DNA from: an uncultured Clostridium sp.
Lineage (GTDB): Bacteria; Bacillota_I; Bacilli_A; RF39; UBA660
NCBI GenBank assembly: GCA_905193755.1
Contig: CAJJPX010000004.1
Span: 105 to 64,104, forward strand
Direction: 5' to 3'
Length of the DNA stretch: 64,000 bases
Positions 9,951-19,549 of the stretch are shown here, piece by piece. Both the position numbers and the translations under genes were made by a program. Numbering within the stretch: the stretch's first letter is position 1; each line of letters starts with the position of its first letter. Below the pieces are notes generated by a model, which saw only the letters and a list, made by a program, of their open reading frames with translations, searched no databases and was not told the origin of the DNA.

Positions 9951-10505
9951 TTAATTAGAATGTTTACTTATAAATTCTAATAATATTTCTTTACTTATTT
10001 TAGTATATGTTACATACTCTTTTACATATTCTTCATCTAAGTTTCTTGATAACCAGTCAATACAGAATCCAAAGAATTGGCACTTTATAAAACTAATTAA
10101 GAACTTCTTATCTTTTTCATTTATGTTCATATTTTTAGTAATTGAGTTTATTAGTGTTCTAACTGTATATTCACAAGTGTCCATTATGAATCTCTCATAT
10201 ATATTTTTATCTAAGTGATTATAAATATTTAGAATAGTCTTTTTATTTTCAAGTACATATTTAATAGCTACTTCTACTGCCATGTCTATTGAATCTATAG
10301 TTGGATAATTTTTAATTAAAATGTCTGTTTCTTCAGTAATAACATTTTCAAGTAAATCATTTATGTCTTCGTAATGATAATAAAATGTATTTCTATTTAC
10401 TCCACATTCATCTACTATATCTTTTACTGTTATTTGATTAAAAGGTTTTTCTTTTAGTAATGTTATAAATGTGTCCTTGATTGCTTTTTTAGTAAAGTTT
10501 GCCAT
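9951..10505 (-). CDS. TetR/AcrR-family transcriptional regulator
   Basis: N-terminal HTH ITVKDIVDECGVNRNTFYYHYEDINDLL. Confidence 0.85.
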   Translation of the reverse strand: MANFTKKAIKDTFITLLKEKPFNQITVKDIVDECGVNRNTFYYHYEDINDLLENVITEETDILIKNYPTIDSIDMAVEVAIKYVLENKKTILNIYNHLDKNIYERFIMDTCEYTVRTLINSITKNMNINEKDKKFLISFIKCQFFGFCIDWLSRNLDEEYVKEYVTYTKISKEILLEFISKHSN

Positions 10506-10581
10506 AATATACCTCTTTAGGTATTATACAATAAATTTATGTTTTTTCAAAATTATGATATACTTTTATAGAGGTATTACT

Positions 10582-11058
10582 ATGGAAATGTATAACTATG
10601 ATAAAATTATTAGGAAACTTAAACTTGATGAATTAGATGATGAAACTAAGTTAAAAAAAGTTATAAAATGCTCTGCTGATTGTTATGATACTTTAATTAG
10701 ATTTTATAATTATTATTTAACATTAATAGAAAACAATAATGACTTAGATGATTTTGATGAAGATATTAAAGGTATTAAGAATAGTAAAGCAAAAACTATT
10801 AAGGGATATTTAGATTTAATAGAAAGAATCGTTGATACTACTAATGAGATAGCTAATGAAACTATTGAATTAAATACTAAAATACATAAGAAAGAAAAAG
10901 AAATAAAAAAGAATAAGCATAGTTTATTAAAAACATTATTTATTGGGTCTTTATTTGGTACTAAAAAGAAACAAAGTAAAGTTAAAGATAATGAGTCATA
11001 TAGATTCGAAGAAACTGAACTCGAAGATGATGACTTTCATTTTGAAGATCCAGATTAA
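10582..11058 (+). CDS. hypothetical protein (charged, acidic C-terminus)
   Basis: ATG at 10582 (MEMYNYDK) preceded by AGAGGT. The track start at 10471 overlaps the TetR gene and looks spurious. Confidence 0.5.
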   Translation: MEMYNYDKIIRKLKLDELDDETKLKKVIKCSADCYDTLIRFYNYYLTLIENNNDLDDFDEDIKGIKNSKAKTIKGYLDLIERIVDTTNEIANETIELNTKIHKKEKEIKKNKHSLLKTLFIGSLFGTKKKQSKVKDNESYRFEETELEDDDFHFEDPD

Positions 11059-11066
11059 AAAGAGAT

Positions 11067-11531
11067 TTAAAACTCTTTTATTTTGTTTACATATACTCTT
11101 TCATTATTAGTATTATCACAATAATATGTGTAATTATTTTTTTCTAATAGATTTATTAAATCTTTATGATTAGTGTAAAGTGTTATATATATCTCATTTA
11201 CATTATTATTTATAGCTTCGTTAAAAGCAATTTCTAAATATTTAGTACCTAGTCTTTTATATTTATCTATTACTTTTAAAGTACATATTTTTAATCTTTT
11301 AGATGGCTTAAATTTTTTAGTAAAATTATTATTTATTTCTAGTTCATCTTCTGTTTTTAGTACTAAAATAGATGTTATTTTATTGTTTTGATATGTTACA
11401 TATGCTTTTCTATCTAAGTGATTATTAAACCAAATAATAAAGTCTTTATAATCACTTTTTAGTGAATCAAAGAATGTATCATTTATATCTAAATCTTTTA
11501 ATTGTTTTGATTCTATAACTATGTTTTTCAT
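11067..11531 (-). CDS. putative GNAT-like acetyltransferase
   Basis: TFFDSLKSDYKDFIIWF...LKICTLKVIDKYKRLGTKYLEIAFNEA resembles a GNAT core (beta4-alpha3 region). Weak call. Confidence 0.4.
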   Translation of the reverse strand: MKNIVIESKQLKDLDINDTFFDSLKSDYKDFIIWFNNHLDRKAYVTYQNNKITSILVLKTEDELEINNNFTKKFKPSKRLKICTLKVIDKYKRLGTKYLEIAFNEAINNNVNEIYITLYTNHKDLINLLEKNNYTYYCDNTNNERVYVNKIKEF

Positions 11532-11556
11532 TATATTATTTATACATATTGTAAAT

Positions 11557-12240
11557 TTACTTTAGGTTTACAATTTCTTTAATATCACTATACTCTTTAC
11601 CATTTATAATCATAACACTATTTTTAACATTATAATAATTTCCAAAGTACTCTAAGTTTCCATTTTCACATCTAATAAATGATTCATTTGGAAGAGCAAT
11701 TAGTGGCCTATCATTACTTACAGTAAATATTTCTTTTAGAAATTCTTCATTTTTAAAATCTAGATGTGGATATATATTAAAATCTACTAAACCTAAACCT
11801 TCATATTTAACTAATTTATAATCTTGATATTCATCTAAATAAATAACATTTTTACTTTGATTTAGACTGCCTGCTGAAACGCCTATTATTAAATCTCTAC
11901 TTATAATATTATCTTTAATCTTGTATTCATTTATACTTTGCATTTCTTTATATGTATCTCCGCCCATAAGAAAGACTATATTAGATTTATTTAATAATTC
12001 TTTTGCTTCTTTTTTAGATACTCTTTTATCAATAAGATATTCACATTTAAAATTAATACCTGCTTTATTAAATGCATCTACTAACAAGTTTTTATGCTTA
12101 TCTATTTTTTCAGTATTATCAAAGTCCGATGCTATAAAAGTAATAACACTATTATCTTTTATATCTTTTTTTAAAGATTCTATTTGTTCTTTAGTGAATC
12201 CATTTTCTTTGTCTATTCCACTCATTAAATAATTAATCAT
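11557..12240 (-). CDS. peptidase S51 / type-1 glutamine-amidotransferase-like protein
   Basis: VFLMGGDTYKEM ... IIGVSAGSLN (nucleophile-elbow Ser) pattern of the peptidase E family. Confidence 0.65.
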   Translation of the reverse strand: MINYLMSGIDKENGFTKEQIESLKKDIKDNSVITFIASDFDNTEKIDKHKNLLVDAFNKAGINFKCEYLIDKRVSKKEAKELLNKSNIVFLMGGDTYKEMQSINEYKIKDNIISRDLIIGVSAGSLNQSKNVIYLDEYQDYKLVKYEGLGLVDFNIYPHLDFKNEEFLKEIFTVSNDRPLIALPNESFIRCENGNLEYFGNYYNVKNSVMIINGKEYSDIKEIVNLK

Positions 12241-12746
12241 TATATACCTTCTTTCTTATCTTCATCAATCTTTTTTATTAATGTTTTCATTCTTGTATGA
12301 TATCCTTTTTTATTATAGAAGTTTTCTGCATTATGATTGTATGCGAATACATCTACTATTACATATTCACAGCCTAGACTTTTAAAGTATTCTTCCATCT
12401 TGTCCATTAATTCTTTACCAACACCTTTGCTTCTTATTTTCTTACTTACAATAAGTTCTGTTATTTCTCCTCTTCTTGGACATTTATAATCTAAATAATC
12501 ATATTCATCATATGGAAATATACATCCAATTACTAGTCCAACTACTTTATTGTTATCTAATGCTAAAAAGCATTTACCTTCGTTTTCATATGCTTCTTTT
12601 AAATCAATTACTGCCATTTTATCTCTATAGTCTTTATGTAATTGGTCTAAGTCGTCTTCATCGATTGTAAGAATATATTCTTCTAATTCAACTAGTAAGT
12701 CTTTTACATCTTCTAAATATTTTTCTTCATATTCTATAATAGTCAT
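12240..12746 (-). CDS. GNAT-family N-acetyltransferase
   Basis: Acetyl-CoA motif IRSKGVGKELMDKMEEYFKSLG ... NAENFYNKKGY. Confidence 0.85.
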   Translation of the reverse strand: MTIIEYEEKYLEDVKDLLVELEEYILTIDEDDLDQLHKDYRDKMAVIDLKEAYENEGKCFLALDNNKVVGLVIGCIFPYDEYDYLDYKCPRRGEITELIVSKKIRSKGVGKELMDKMEEYFKSLGCEYVIVDVFAYNHNAENFYNKKGYHTRMKTLIKKIDEDKKEGI

Positions 12747-12797
12747 ATTATCACCTAAAAATATTATAACATAATTAAAAAGATTACCGAAGTAATC

Positions 12798-13547
12798 TTA
12801 ATTCTCTTTATCATTTTCTGTTATTCCATTTGGAAAATTTAATAAATTATTTTTATTCTTAAAAAATTCTATTACAAGGTCTGTTGCTTGAGCTTTTTTA
12901 TTTTCTCTAAATACATCATGTGTAGTTTTTTCTAACATTACTAGTTTCTTTAAATTATTTTGTACACAACTATATACGTATTCTACTGATTCTTGGGGAA
13001 CTATAAAATCTGATGTACCTCTTAGTATTAATGTTGGTATTTTGACTTCTTTAATACAATCTTGTAGTTCTTTTACTATTTTAAAGAATTCTATATAACA
13101 ATTAGCTGGTAGTTTTAATAATCTATTTGTTACTAGTTGTGCTCCATATTCTTCAAATATTTTTGGAGTTGAAGTTAGGGCAGTATTGATATTAAACTTA
13201 GTATTTTCAAAACCACTTATTCTAAAAGCAGGTGCTACTAAGACTAGCTTTTTAACTTGTGGATATTTTGATGCCACATATGAAGCTAATACTCCACCCA
13301 TGGAATGTCCTACAACATATATTTTTTTATAGCCATTAGATATTAAAAATTCCATTTCACTATCTACTTTTTTAATCCAATCTTTATAAGTTATTTTCTT
13401 TTTAAAATCACCATCATGTCCTGGTAAAGTAAAAGTAAAAACATCATAGTTACTAACTAGTTCTAATCTATGTGTTAAATATTCTTGATCATATACTCCA
13501 CCTGCAAAACCATGTATAACTAATATTGCTTTTCTAAATAATTCCAT
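12798..13547 (-). CDS. alpha/beta hydrolase (carboxylesterase/lipase type)
   Basis: ILVIHGFAGG and the nucleophile elbow GHSMGG. The ATG at 13547 is preceded by AGGAAGTGA; the track start is a GTG inside the SD. Confidence 0.85.
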   Translation of the reverse strand: MELFRKAILVIHGFAGGVYDQEYLTHRLELVSNYDVFTFTLPGHDGDFKKKITYKDWIKKVDSEMEFLISNGYKKIYVVGHSMGGVLASYVASKYPQVKKLVLVAPAFRISGFENTKFNINTALTSTPKIFEEYGAQLVTNRLLKLPANCYIEFFKIVKELQDCIKEVKIPTLILRGTSDFIVPQESVEYVYSCVQNNLKKLVMLEKTTHDVFRENKKAQATDLVIEFFKNKNNLLNFPNGITENDKEN

Positions 13548-13600
13548 ACTACTCACTTCCTATGGTATTATTTTAGCATAATTAGTTTTATCTTGCTATA

Positions 13601-14197
13601 TTATTCTAATTCTTCTTTCCAACTTGCATCTAATTCTTCATCATCGTAGAAAATACAACTTAATTTACTTACTGCTTTATATAGTTTTCCTACGCCTTTT
13701 TCACTCTTTTCATAGTTTGCAATGAATGCATCATCTATTCCTAGACTTCTTCCTTCACTATACGAATCTATATCAGCTCCAATATATGTAAATTTCCAAT
13801 CTTTATGAGCTTGTATTAATTCTTTTATTTGTGACTTGTTATATTTTGTTGACGAATTTTCATAACCATCTGTTGTAATAACAAATATTACTTTATTAGG
13901 ATCTTTATCTTCCATTTCTCTTATAGTTTTACCTATTGCATCTAATAATGCAGTGCATCCTCTAACATAATATTCTTTATTAGTTAGTTTTTTTACATTA
14001 TCAATATCTTCCCTATTATGTAACACTTCATACTTATCATCAAATAATATTGTTGTTACTTTTACGTTCTTTCCCCTTTGTGAATTGATATAACTATTAT
14101 ATCCTCCGATTGTGTCCTTTTCTATCCCACTCATAGAACCACTTCTATCAAGTAAAAACACTATATCCATTTCGTTATCTCTCATTTTATTTTTCAT
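13601..14197 (-). CDS. small cytoplasmic VWA-domain protein
   Basis: MIDAS motif DRSGSMSG, then GCTALLDAI and ITTDGYENSS. No signal peptide. Confidence 0.8.
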   Translation of the reverse strand: MKNKMRDNEMDIVFLLDRSGSMSGIEKDTIGGYNSYINSQRGKNVKVTTILFDDKYEVLHNREDIDNVKKLTNKEYYVRGCTALLDAIGKTIREMEDKDPNKVIFVITTDGYENSSTKYNKSQIKELIQAHKDWKFTYIGADIDSYSEGRSLGIDDAFIANYEKSEKGVGKLYKAVSKLSCIFYDDEELDASWKEELE

Positions 14198-14269
14198 ACT
14201 CTCTCCCTCTTTTCTCTTTAATAATAATATTTTCTATTATTTATTTGGTCGCTTTAAAAGTGACATTTA

Positions 14270-14278
14270 TGTTATAAT
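14270..14278 (+). promoter_or_regulatory. extended -10 element (TGTTATAAT) upstream of 14296
   Basis: TG-N-TATAAT lies 18 nt upstream of the ATG, followed by SD AAGAGGAAA. Confidence 0.45.
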
Positions 14279-14295
14279 TACCTAAAGAGGAAATT

Positions 14296-14847
14296 ATGAA
14301 AGAAGAATTAAAAAAATATATTAATTTAAATTTAGAAAAAGAAGATAAAACTGAACATAAGAAAAGTGAATTTATATTTAGGGGAAAACTTAAAAATATT
14401 TTTTATGATGAGTATTATAGTGAAGATGATGATTTAGAAATTTGCGAGGAACCACAATATAAAAAAAGTATTAATCCAGTTGAACAATATTTAAAAGATA
14501 ATGATAAATATAATGATTTTCAAACAATGTTATTTAAAATGATTGATGAAAGAAATCTTAAAGATAGTGATGTTTATAATAAAGTACATATTGATAGAAG
14601 ATTATTTTCTAAGATAAGAAGTGATAAAAATTATCATCCTTCTAAAGAAACTATTATATTACTTGGTCTTTCATTAGAACTTAATGAACTTGAGATAGTT
14701 GAATTACTAGATAGTGCCTCTTATTCACTTCCTAAAAATAATTATTTTGATTTAATAATTAGATTTTGCTTTATTAATAAAGTATATAATATAAATAATG
14801 TTAATGAATTATTATATGATTATGATTGTAAGTTATTAAATGCATAG
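14296..14847 (+). CDS. hypothetical protein with probable HTH-like C-terminal domain
   Basis: MIDERNLKDSDVYNKVHIDRRLFSKIRSDKNYHPSKETIILLGLSLELN has an XRE-like helix pattern. The gene is divergent from the VWA gene. Confidence 0.45.
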   Translation: MKEELKKYINLNLEKEDKTEHKKSEFIFRGKLKNIFYDEYYSEDDDLEICEEPQYKKSINPVEQYLKDNDKYNDFQTMLFKMIDERNLKDSDVYNKVHIDRRLFSKIRSDKNYHPSKETIILLGLSLELNELEIVELLDSASYSLPKNNYFDLIIRFCFINKVYNINNVNELLYDYDCKLLNA

Positions 14848-14848
14848 T

Positions 14849-14880
14849 AAAAGAGTTAATTAATTTAACTCTTTTTTTCT
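14849..14880. terminator. bidirectional intrinsic terminator between convergent genes
   Basis: 9-bp stem AAGAGTTAA / TTAACTCTT with loop TTAAT. T6 follows on the plus strand and A4 (T4 on minus) precedes it. The right arm contains the stop codon of the minus-strand gene. Confidence 0.6.
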
Positions 14881-15902
14881 TTTATGATATTTTCTATTTC
14901 TTTAGTTAGTGATTCATTTTCATCATCTTCTAGTATATCCCATATAGGATTGTTATTTTCATCAACTACTGGTACTATTTCTATATTGCCTTCATTATTC
15001 ACTACTTCAAGTTCATCTTCTACTACACCAACGCATAGATAATAATCAAAACTCAATACTTTTTCTAATAAATCTTTAGTGTTATTTTTATGAGTTATTT
15101 TATAGAATCTACGCATATCTTTATTTCTAATAGATTCTAAAACTGCATACATATGCTTACAAAAATATTCACATGGGCAATTACAATATAGTTGTAGTTT
15201 CTTTTCATCTTCGTTATATTTGACAACAACTAGGTAATCTTTAGTTCCTTCGACTACTGCAAAATATCTATCATCTATTTTTTCTAAGAATAATACACTA
15301 CCATCATCATAATATTCCATACCACGTTCTATAATTCTATCATCAAATATTTCATCTATATCATCATTAAATAAATCAAAATTAAATTCTTTTTTATATT
15401 CATATTTATTTGATTCACCTGTTAAACTAGATATCATTTCATAAAGAAATCCTTCTAACTTTTTAGGAAGACTTTGAAATGTAAAATTAAGTATATTGTA
15501 AATATAAGTTATCTCTTTTGGTATATATTTATTAAACTTAACACTTATCTTTTCTTTATTAGATGTTTCAATATTTACATTTAGAGTAACTAATCTTTCA
15601 TCACTAAGATTATCTTCTATAAAAGTAGTTTCTATATTCTCTAAGTTATTAACATTATTTATAAATTCAATTATTCTATCATTTGGTATATATTCATAAC
15701 TAACATATTTTTCTATATCTTTAGTTTGCATAAGAGCTAAGTCTATCCAACTAAGTTTATATGTCTTAGTACTTTTAAGTTCATCTAGTCTAATATAAAT
15801 ATAATAACCTTCATAATTAAATAAAGTTAATTCTAAAATATTTTTATCTTTCTTGAAATGTTTTTGTACTTGTTCTATCTTTTTAGTTATTTCTTCTTTC
15901 AT
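14865..15902 (-). CDS. SWIM zinc-finger protein
   Basis: CNCPCEYFCKHMYAVL fits the CxCxnCxH SWIM signature. The N-terminal half is unassigned. The likely start is the ATG at 15902, after GGATGTGA. Confidence 0.75.
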   Translation of the reverse strand: MKEEITKKIEQVQKHFKKDKNILELTLFNYEGYYIYIRLDELKSTKTYKLSWIDLALMQTKDIEKYVSYEYIPNDRIIEFINNVNNLENIETTFIEDNLSDERLVTLNVNIETSNKEKISVKFNKYIPKEITYIYNILNFTFQSLPKKLEGFLYEMISSLTGESNKYEYKKEFNFDLFNDDIDEIFDDRIIERGMEYYDDGSVLFLEKIDDRYFAVVEGTKDYLVVVKYNEDEKKLQLYCNCPCEYFCKHMYAVLESIRNKDMRRFYKITHKNNTKDLLEKVLSFDYYLCVGVVEDELEVVNNEGNIEIVPVVDENNNPIWDILEDDENESLTKEIENIIKEKKS

Positions 15903-15918
15903 AGTAATCACATCCATA

Positions 15919-16671
15919 TCATTTGTTTTTTAATATAAATTTGCATTTTGGGTAATTTGAACAACCAATAAATTCTCCATATTTACCATTTCTTTTAACT
16001 AGATTTCCACCACATTTAGGACATCTTTTTTTATCTTCTTGTGATATATTTTTTACATGCTTTATATGTTCTTTTCTTTTTTCTTTGTCTATTATATTTG
16101 ATTTATTAATTATATCTACTATCTCTTGTATGTTATCTATTGTGTTTTCTTCATAGCTCTGTATTCTTGTTAATAAATCATTTATATATATTATTTCGTT
16201 TGAATTTACTTTGAATGTTCCTCTTCCAGATACGCAAACTAAAGGTATTATCTGTTTGTCTTCTAAGTTTAATAATTTTTTTAATGTTTCTTTATGACCA
16301 TAATTTTGTCTTAATGGATTATTTATATATACTTTTTTGTTACCTGCTTTATAAATCCAATTATGTTCTTCTTTTTTACCATATACATATCCATTCCACT
16401 GTTTTGTTTCAATAACAAATAAACCATGCTTAGAAATTACCAAATGATCAATTTGAGTTGTTTTATTTTCGTCTATTTGTAACATTAAATCATTATATAC
16501 TATATATTCATCTTTTGGAAGTTTATTAACTTCTCTTTTTACCCAAAATTCTCCTGCTTTACCTGTTATCTTTTTTGAGAATATTGCACAAAATAATCCA
16601 CTTAAAACTACTATCCAATAAAATGGATTTGATAAAATAGTTTTTATAAGTGTATTTGCAAACTGATTCAT
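15919..16671 (-). CDS. NERD-domain protein with C-terminal topoisomerase-type C4 zinc ribbon
   Basis: NERD core GEFWVKREVNKL...QIDHLVISKHGLFVIETKQWNG...NNPLRQNYGH. The C-terminus is CPKCGGNLVKRNGKYGEFIGCSNYPKCKF. An N-terminal TM helix is present. Confidence 0.85.
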   Translation of the reverse strand: MNQFANTLIKTILSNPFYWIVVLSGLFCAIFSKKITGKAGEFWVKREVNKLPKDEYIVYNDLMLQIDENKTTQIDHLVISKHGLFVIETKQWNGYVYGKKEEHNWIYKAGNKKVYINNPLRQNYGHKETLKKLLNLEDKQIIPLVCVSGRGTFKVNSNEIIYINDLLTRIQSYEENTIDNIQEIVDIINKSNIIDKEKRKEHIKHVKNISQEDKKRCPKCGGNLVKRNGKYGEFIGCSNYPKCKFILKNK

Positions 16672-16732
16672 AATAATCACATCCACTTTTATTTTAACAT
16701 AAAAACTATGTAATTTCTTACATAGTCTTATA

Positions 16733-17773
16733 TTATTTACCTAGTTTTTCTAGTTCTTTTATATCATTTTTATAAGTTTCTAGATCTTTGTTCCATCTTG
16801 CAATTAGTTTTTCATCATGTTTATCAAATTTATAATTATCATTTATATATTTACCTAAGTAATTTGATACTTTAGTAGCACCATATACATTTAAGTGATC
16901 TCCTTCATCACAAGTATCTTCTTTGAAGTCTAATTTAAAGTCTTTATAGTTTAAATTTAAGTCAGTAAATTTAATACCATTTTCTTTAGCGTAATCACTT
17001 ACTGTATTACTTCTTTCTCTTTTCCATGAATCTGGTGAAGGAATCCATATAAACTCTATATCAATACCCTCTTCTTTTGCTGTTTTAACTATTAGGTCTA
17101 TATATTTTTTATTGGTATCATTTAGTTTAGCTCTCTTATCACTATCATAGATATAATCTTTAGTATATCCTTTTTTTACTGTTGTTATATCCATTCCTTT
17201 ATGTGGATTATAATAGTCACTTAAAGCATATTTAAAGTCATTTTTATTTAATTCATTATATCTTGAATGATATCCTAGTATTGGCATAATCATAGATGCT
17301 TTTTGTCCATAACTAAAGTTAAATGTTTTGTCTGTTAGAGCATCTATTTTATTCTTACTTAGTTTCATATTATCAAATACTTTTTTATAGTTACCAGTAG
17401 ATGATTGATTATTAAAGAAGAAGTTATCAACATTTAAGAATATTACTTTTGGTTTTTGAGTTTTTAATGCTTCAATTAGCATATAGTAACAAGTCCATAT
17501 TCTTTGTCCAGCTGATACGTAACTATAACTTGTAATATTATAGTCTTCCCATATTTTCATAGGTGAAACTCCCCTATAAGTATCAGAGTTTCCTAAGAAA
17601 AGAACATCTATTGTATTTTTTGGTTCTGCATAGTACCCTCTTGTTATAAAACTATGAGAGTTATCATCATTAGTAATCCATTTAGGAATAAATAATCTAT
17701 CTAGGAAGTATATTGTTGTTAATGATAATATGATGAATGCTACTATACTTAATATTTCATTTCTTACTTTCAT
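16733..17773 (-). CDS. membrane-anchored SGNH/DltD-like extracytoplasmic acyl-transfer protein
   Basis: N-terminal TM anchor. SGNH block I-like VLFLGNSDTYRG and block V-like GDHLNVYGA. It is the last gene of the dltA-dltC-MBOAT cluster. Confidence 0.55.
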   Translation of the reverse strand: MKVRNEILSIVAFIILSLTTIYFLDRLFIPKWITNDDNSHSFITRGYYAEPKNTIDVLFLGNSDTYRGVSPMKIWEDYNITSYSYVSAGQRIWTCYYMLIEALKTQKPKVIFLNVDNFFFNNQSSTGNYKKVFDNMKLSKNKIDALTDKTFNFSYGQKASMIMPILGYHSRYNELNKNDFKYALSDYYNPHKGMDITTVKKGYTKDYIYDSDKRAKLNDTNKKYIDLIVKTAKEEGIDIEFIWIPSPDSWKRERSNTVSDYAKENGIKFTDLNLNYKDFKLDFKEDTCDEGDHLNVYGATKVSNYLGKYINDNYKFDKHDEKLIARWNKDLETYKNDIKELEKLGK

Positions 17774-17782
17774 GTTGCCCTC

Positions 17783-19318
17783 CTAAAACTGTCCATATAT
17801 AAAGTCACTAGCATTATAACCTGGACCATATATTCCAAATACTAAAATCATAACTATTAATATATAATAAACTAAATACTTATTAAATGGGAAACTATTA
17901 ACAATTTCTTCATTTACTTTTTTACCTTTTTCTTCTCTAAATGCTATAAAGAATAATAATGCTATGAATAAAATTATTATTATGAAATCTATTATAGAAA
18001 GTCCATAACTCATTATACCTTTACTTGTACCTGTAAAGATTCTGCCAATCATTTTGAAAGCTTCTGTAAATGTGGATGCTCTAAATATTGTCATACCTAT
18101 TACTACGAATATCCACGTTCTAAGTACTTTAAGAGAGTCTAATACTTTTTTATTTATCTTATCAGTTTTAATCTTATTAAATAGTGGTTCTAGAAGTAAA
18201 CCTATCATCATTATAACGTAATAGTAAAGTCCATATAGTATGTATTTACTACTAGCTCCATGCCATAGTCCATTTAAGAACCATACGAAGAATAATGGTA
18301 CTGCACTCATAAAGAATTTACATAGATATTTAGATAAATGCTTGTTGTTAAATGCAGATAATTTCATATTGAATTTTGATAAACTTACTGGATAGAATAC
18401 ATAATCTTTTAAGAATGTTCCTAGTGTTATATGCCAACGTCTCCAAAATTCTTCTACGCTTTTTGATAAGAATGGTCTATTAAAGTTACTAGGTAGGTCT
18501 ATTCCAAATAGTTTAGCTCCACCTATGGCCATATCCATAAATCCACTAAATTCAGCATATATTTGTATAGTATAAAGTATCATTGCTAATAATACAGAGA
18601 ATCCACCTATATCTGTACCAAATATATTGTTAACAAATATACCTGCTCTATCTGCTATTACCATTTTCTTAAATAAACCGAATAAGATTAACATGCATCC
18701 AGAGTGTATCATATTATAATTAAAGTCATTACCATTATATATTTTATCCCCTACATCATCAAATCTAGCAATAGGTCCTTCTTGTACACTTGGGAAAAAT
18801 ATAATATAAAGTATTACTTTGAATGGGTTAGTTGAAGCTTTATATTTACCTCTATAAACATCTGTTATATAAGATATAGCCATTAATGTATAATAAGATA
18901 TACCTAATGGTAAAACAATCTTACTAAATGGTTCTGATAGTTTTAAACCAAATATACTATTAACACTACTAACTAAGAAGTTAGAGTATTTTAAATATAC
19001 AAGTAATCCAATATTAATTAGTAAACATAAAGATAATATTAGTTTCTTATAAGTTTTATTCTTACGTTTGAATTCTTTTTTTAATTCTTTATCTTCACTA
19101 TCACATTTTCTATCATTTATTTTATTAATTATAAGTCCAAAACCATATATACTTAGTGCACCTATTAATGCATATATTATTAGGCTTTTACTCATTAAAT
19201 AGTAGTAAGCTATACTACATATAAATATTGCTATCCATCTATATTTTTTAGGTATTATATAATAAAGTATTAAGCATACAAAAAGTAAAACAAAATACTT
19301 AAGTAAATTTGCTAACAT
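17783..19318 (-). CDS. MBOAT-family membrane O-acyltransferase (DltB/AlgI-like)
   Basis: FWRRWHITLGTFLKDYVFYP and the catalytic-His region LNGLWHGAS. Polytopic. Confidence 0.85.
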   Translation of the reverse strand: MLANLLKYFVLLFVCLILYYIIPKKYRWIAIFICSIAYYYLMSKSLIIYALIGALSIYGFGLIINKINDRKCDSEDKELKKEFKRKNKTYKKLILSLCLLINIGLLVYLKYSNFLVSSVNSIFGLKLSEPFSKIVLPLGISYYTLMAISYITDVYRGKYKASTNPFKVILYIIFFPSVQEGPIARFDDVGDKIYNGNDFNYNMIHSGCMLILFGLFKKMVIADRAGIFVNNIFGTDIGGFSVLLAMILYTIQIYAEFSGFMDMAIGGAKLFGIDLPSNFNRPFLSKSVEEFWRRWHITLGTFLKDYVFYPVSLSKFNMKLSAFNNKHLSKYLCKFFMSAVPLFFVWFLNGLWHGASSKYILYGLYYYVIMMIGLLLEPLFNKIKTDKINKKVLDSLKVLRTWIFVVIGMTIFRASTFTEAFKMIGRIFTGTSKGIMSYGLSIIDFIIIILFIALLFFIAFREEKGKKVNEEIVNSFPFNKYLVYYILIVMILVFGIYGPGYNASDFIYGQF

Positions 19319-19319
19319 A

Positions 19320-19547
19320 CTAATCTTCCTTTAATTTACTAACTGTTTTCCATAATGCTTCTGCGCTATTGAAGTTTTCAGGTATTACTTCGTTAACAGT
19401 AAATTTTATATCGAATTCTTCACTTAATTTTGAAATAATAGCTATGATATCAAATGATTCTAAGATACCATCATCTATTAAAGATTTTTCTTTTTTAAAG
19501 TCTACTCCTGGTTTAACGCTTTCTAAAATTTCAATTACTTTTTCCAT
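19320..19547 (-). CDS. dltC: D-alanyl carrier protein-like acyl carrier protein
   Basis: 75 aa with the phosphopantetheine-Ser context DDGILESFDIIAIISKL. It sits between the ligase and the MBOAT gene with 1-2 nt gaps. Confidence 0.7.
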   Translation of the reverse strand: MEKVIEILESVKPGVDFKKEKSLIDDGILESFDIIAIISKLSEEFDIKFTVNEVIPENFNSAEALWKTVSKLKED

Positions 19548-19549
19548 TA

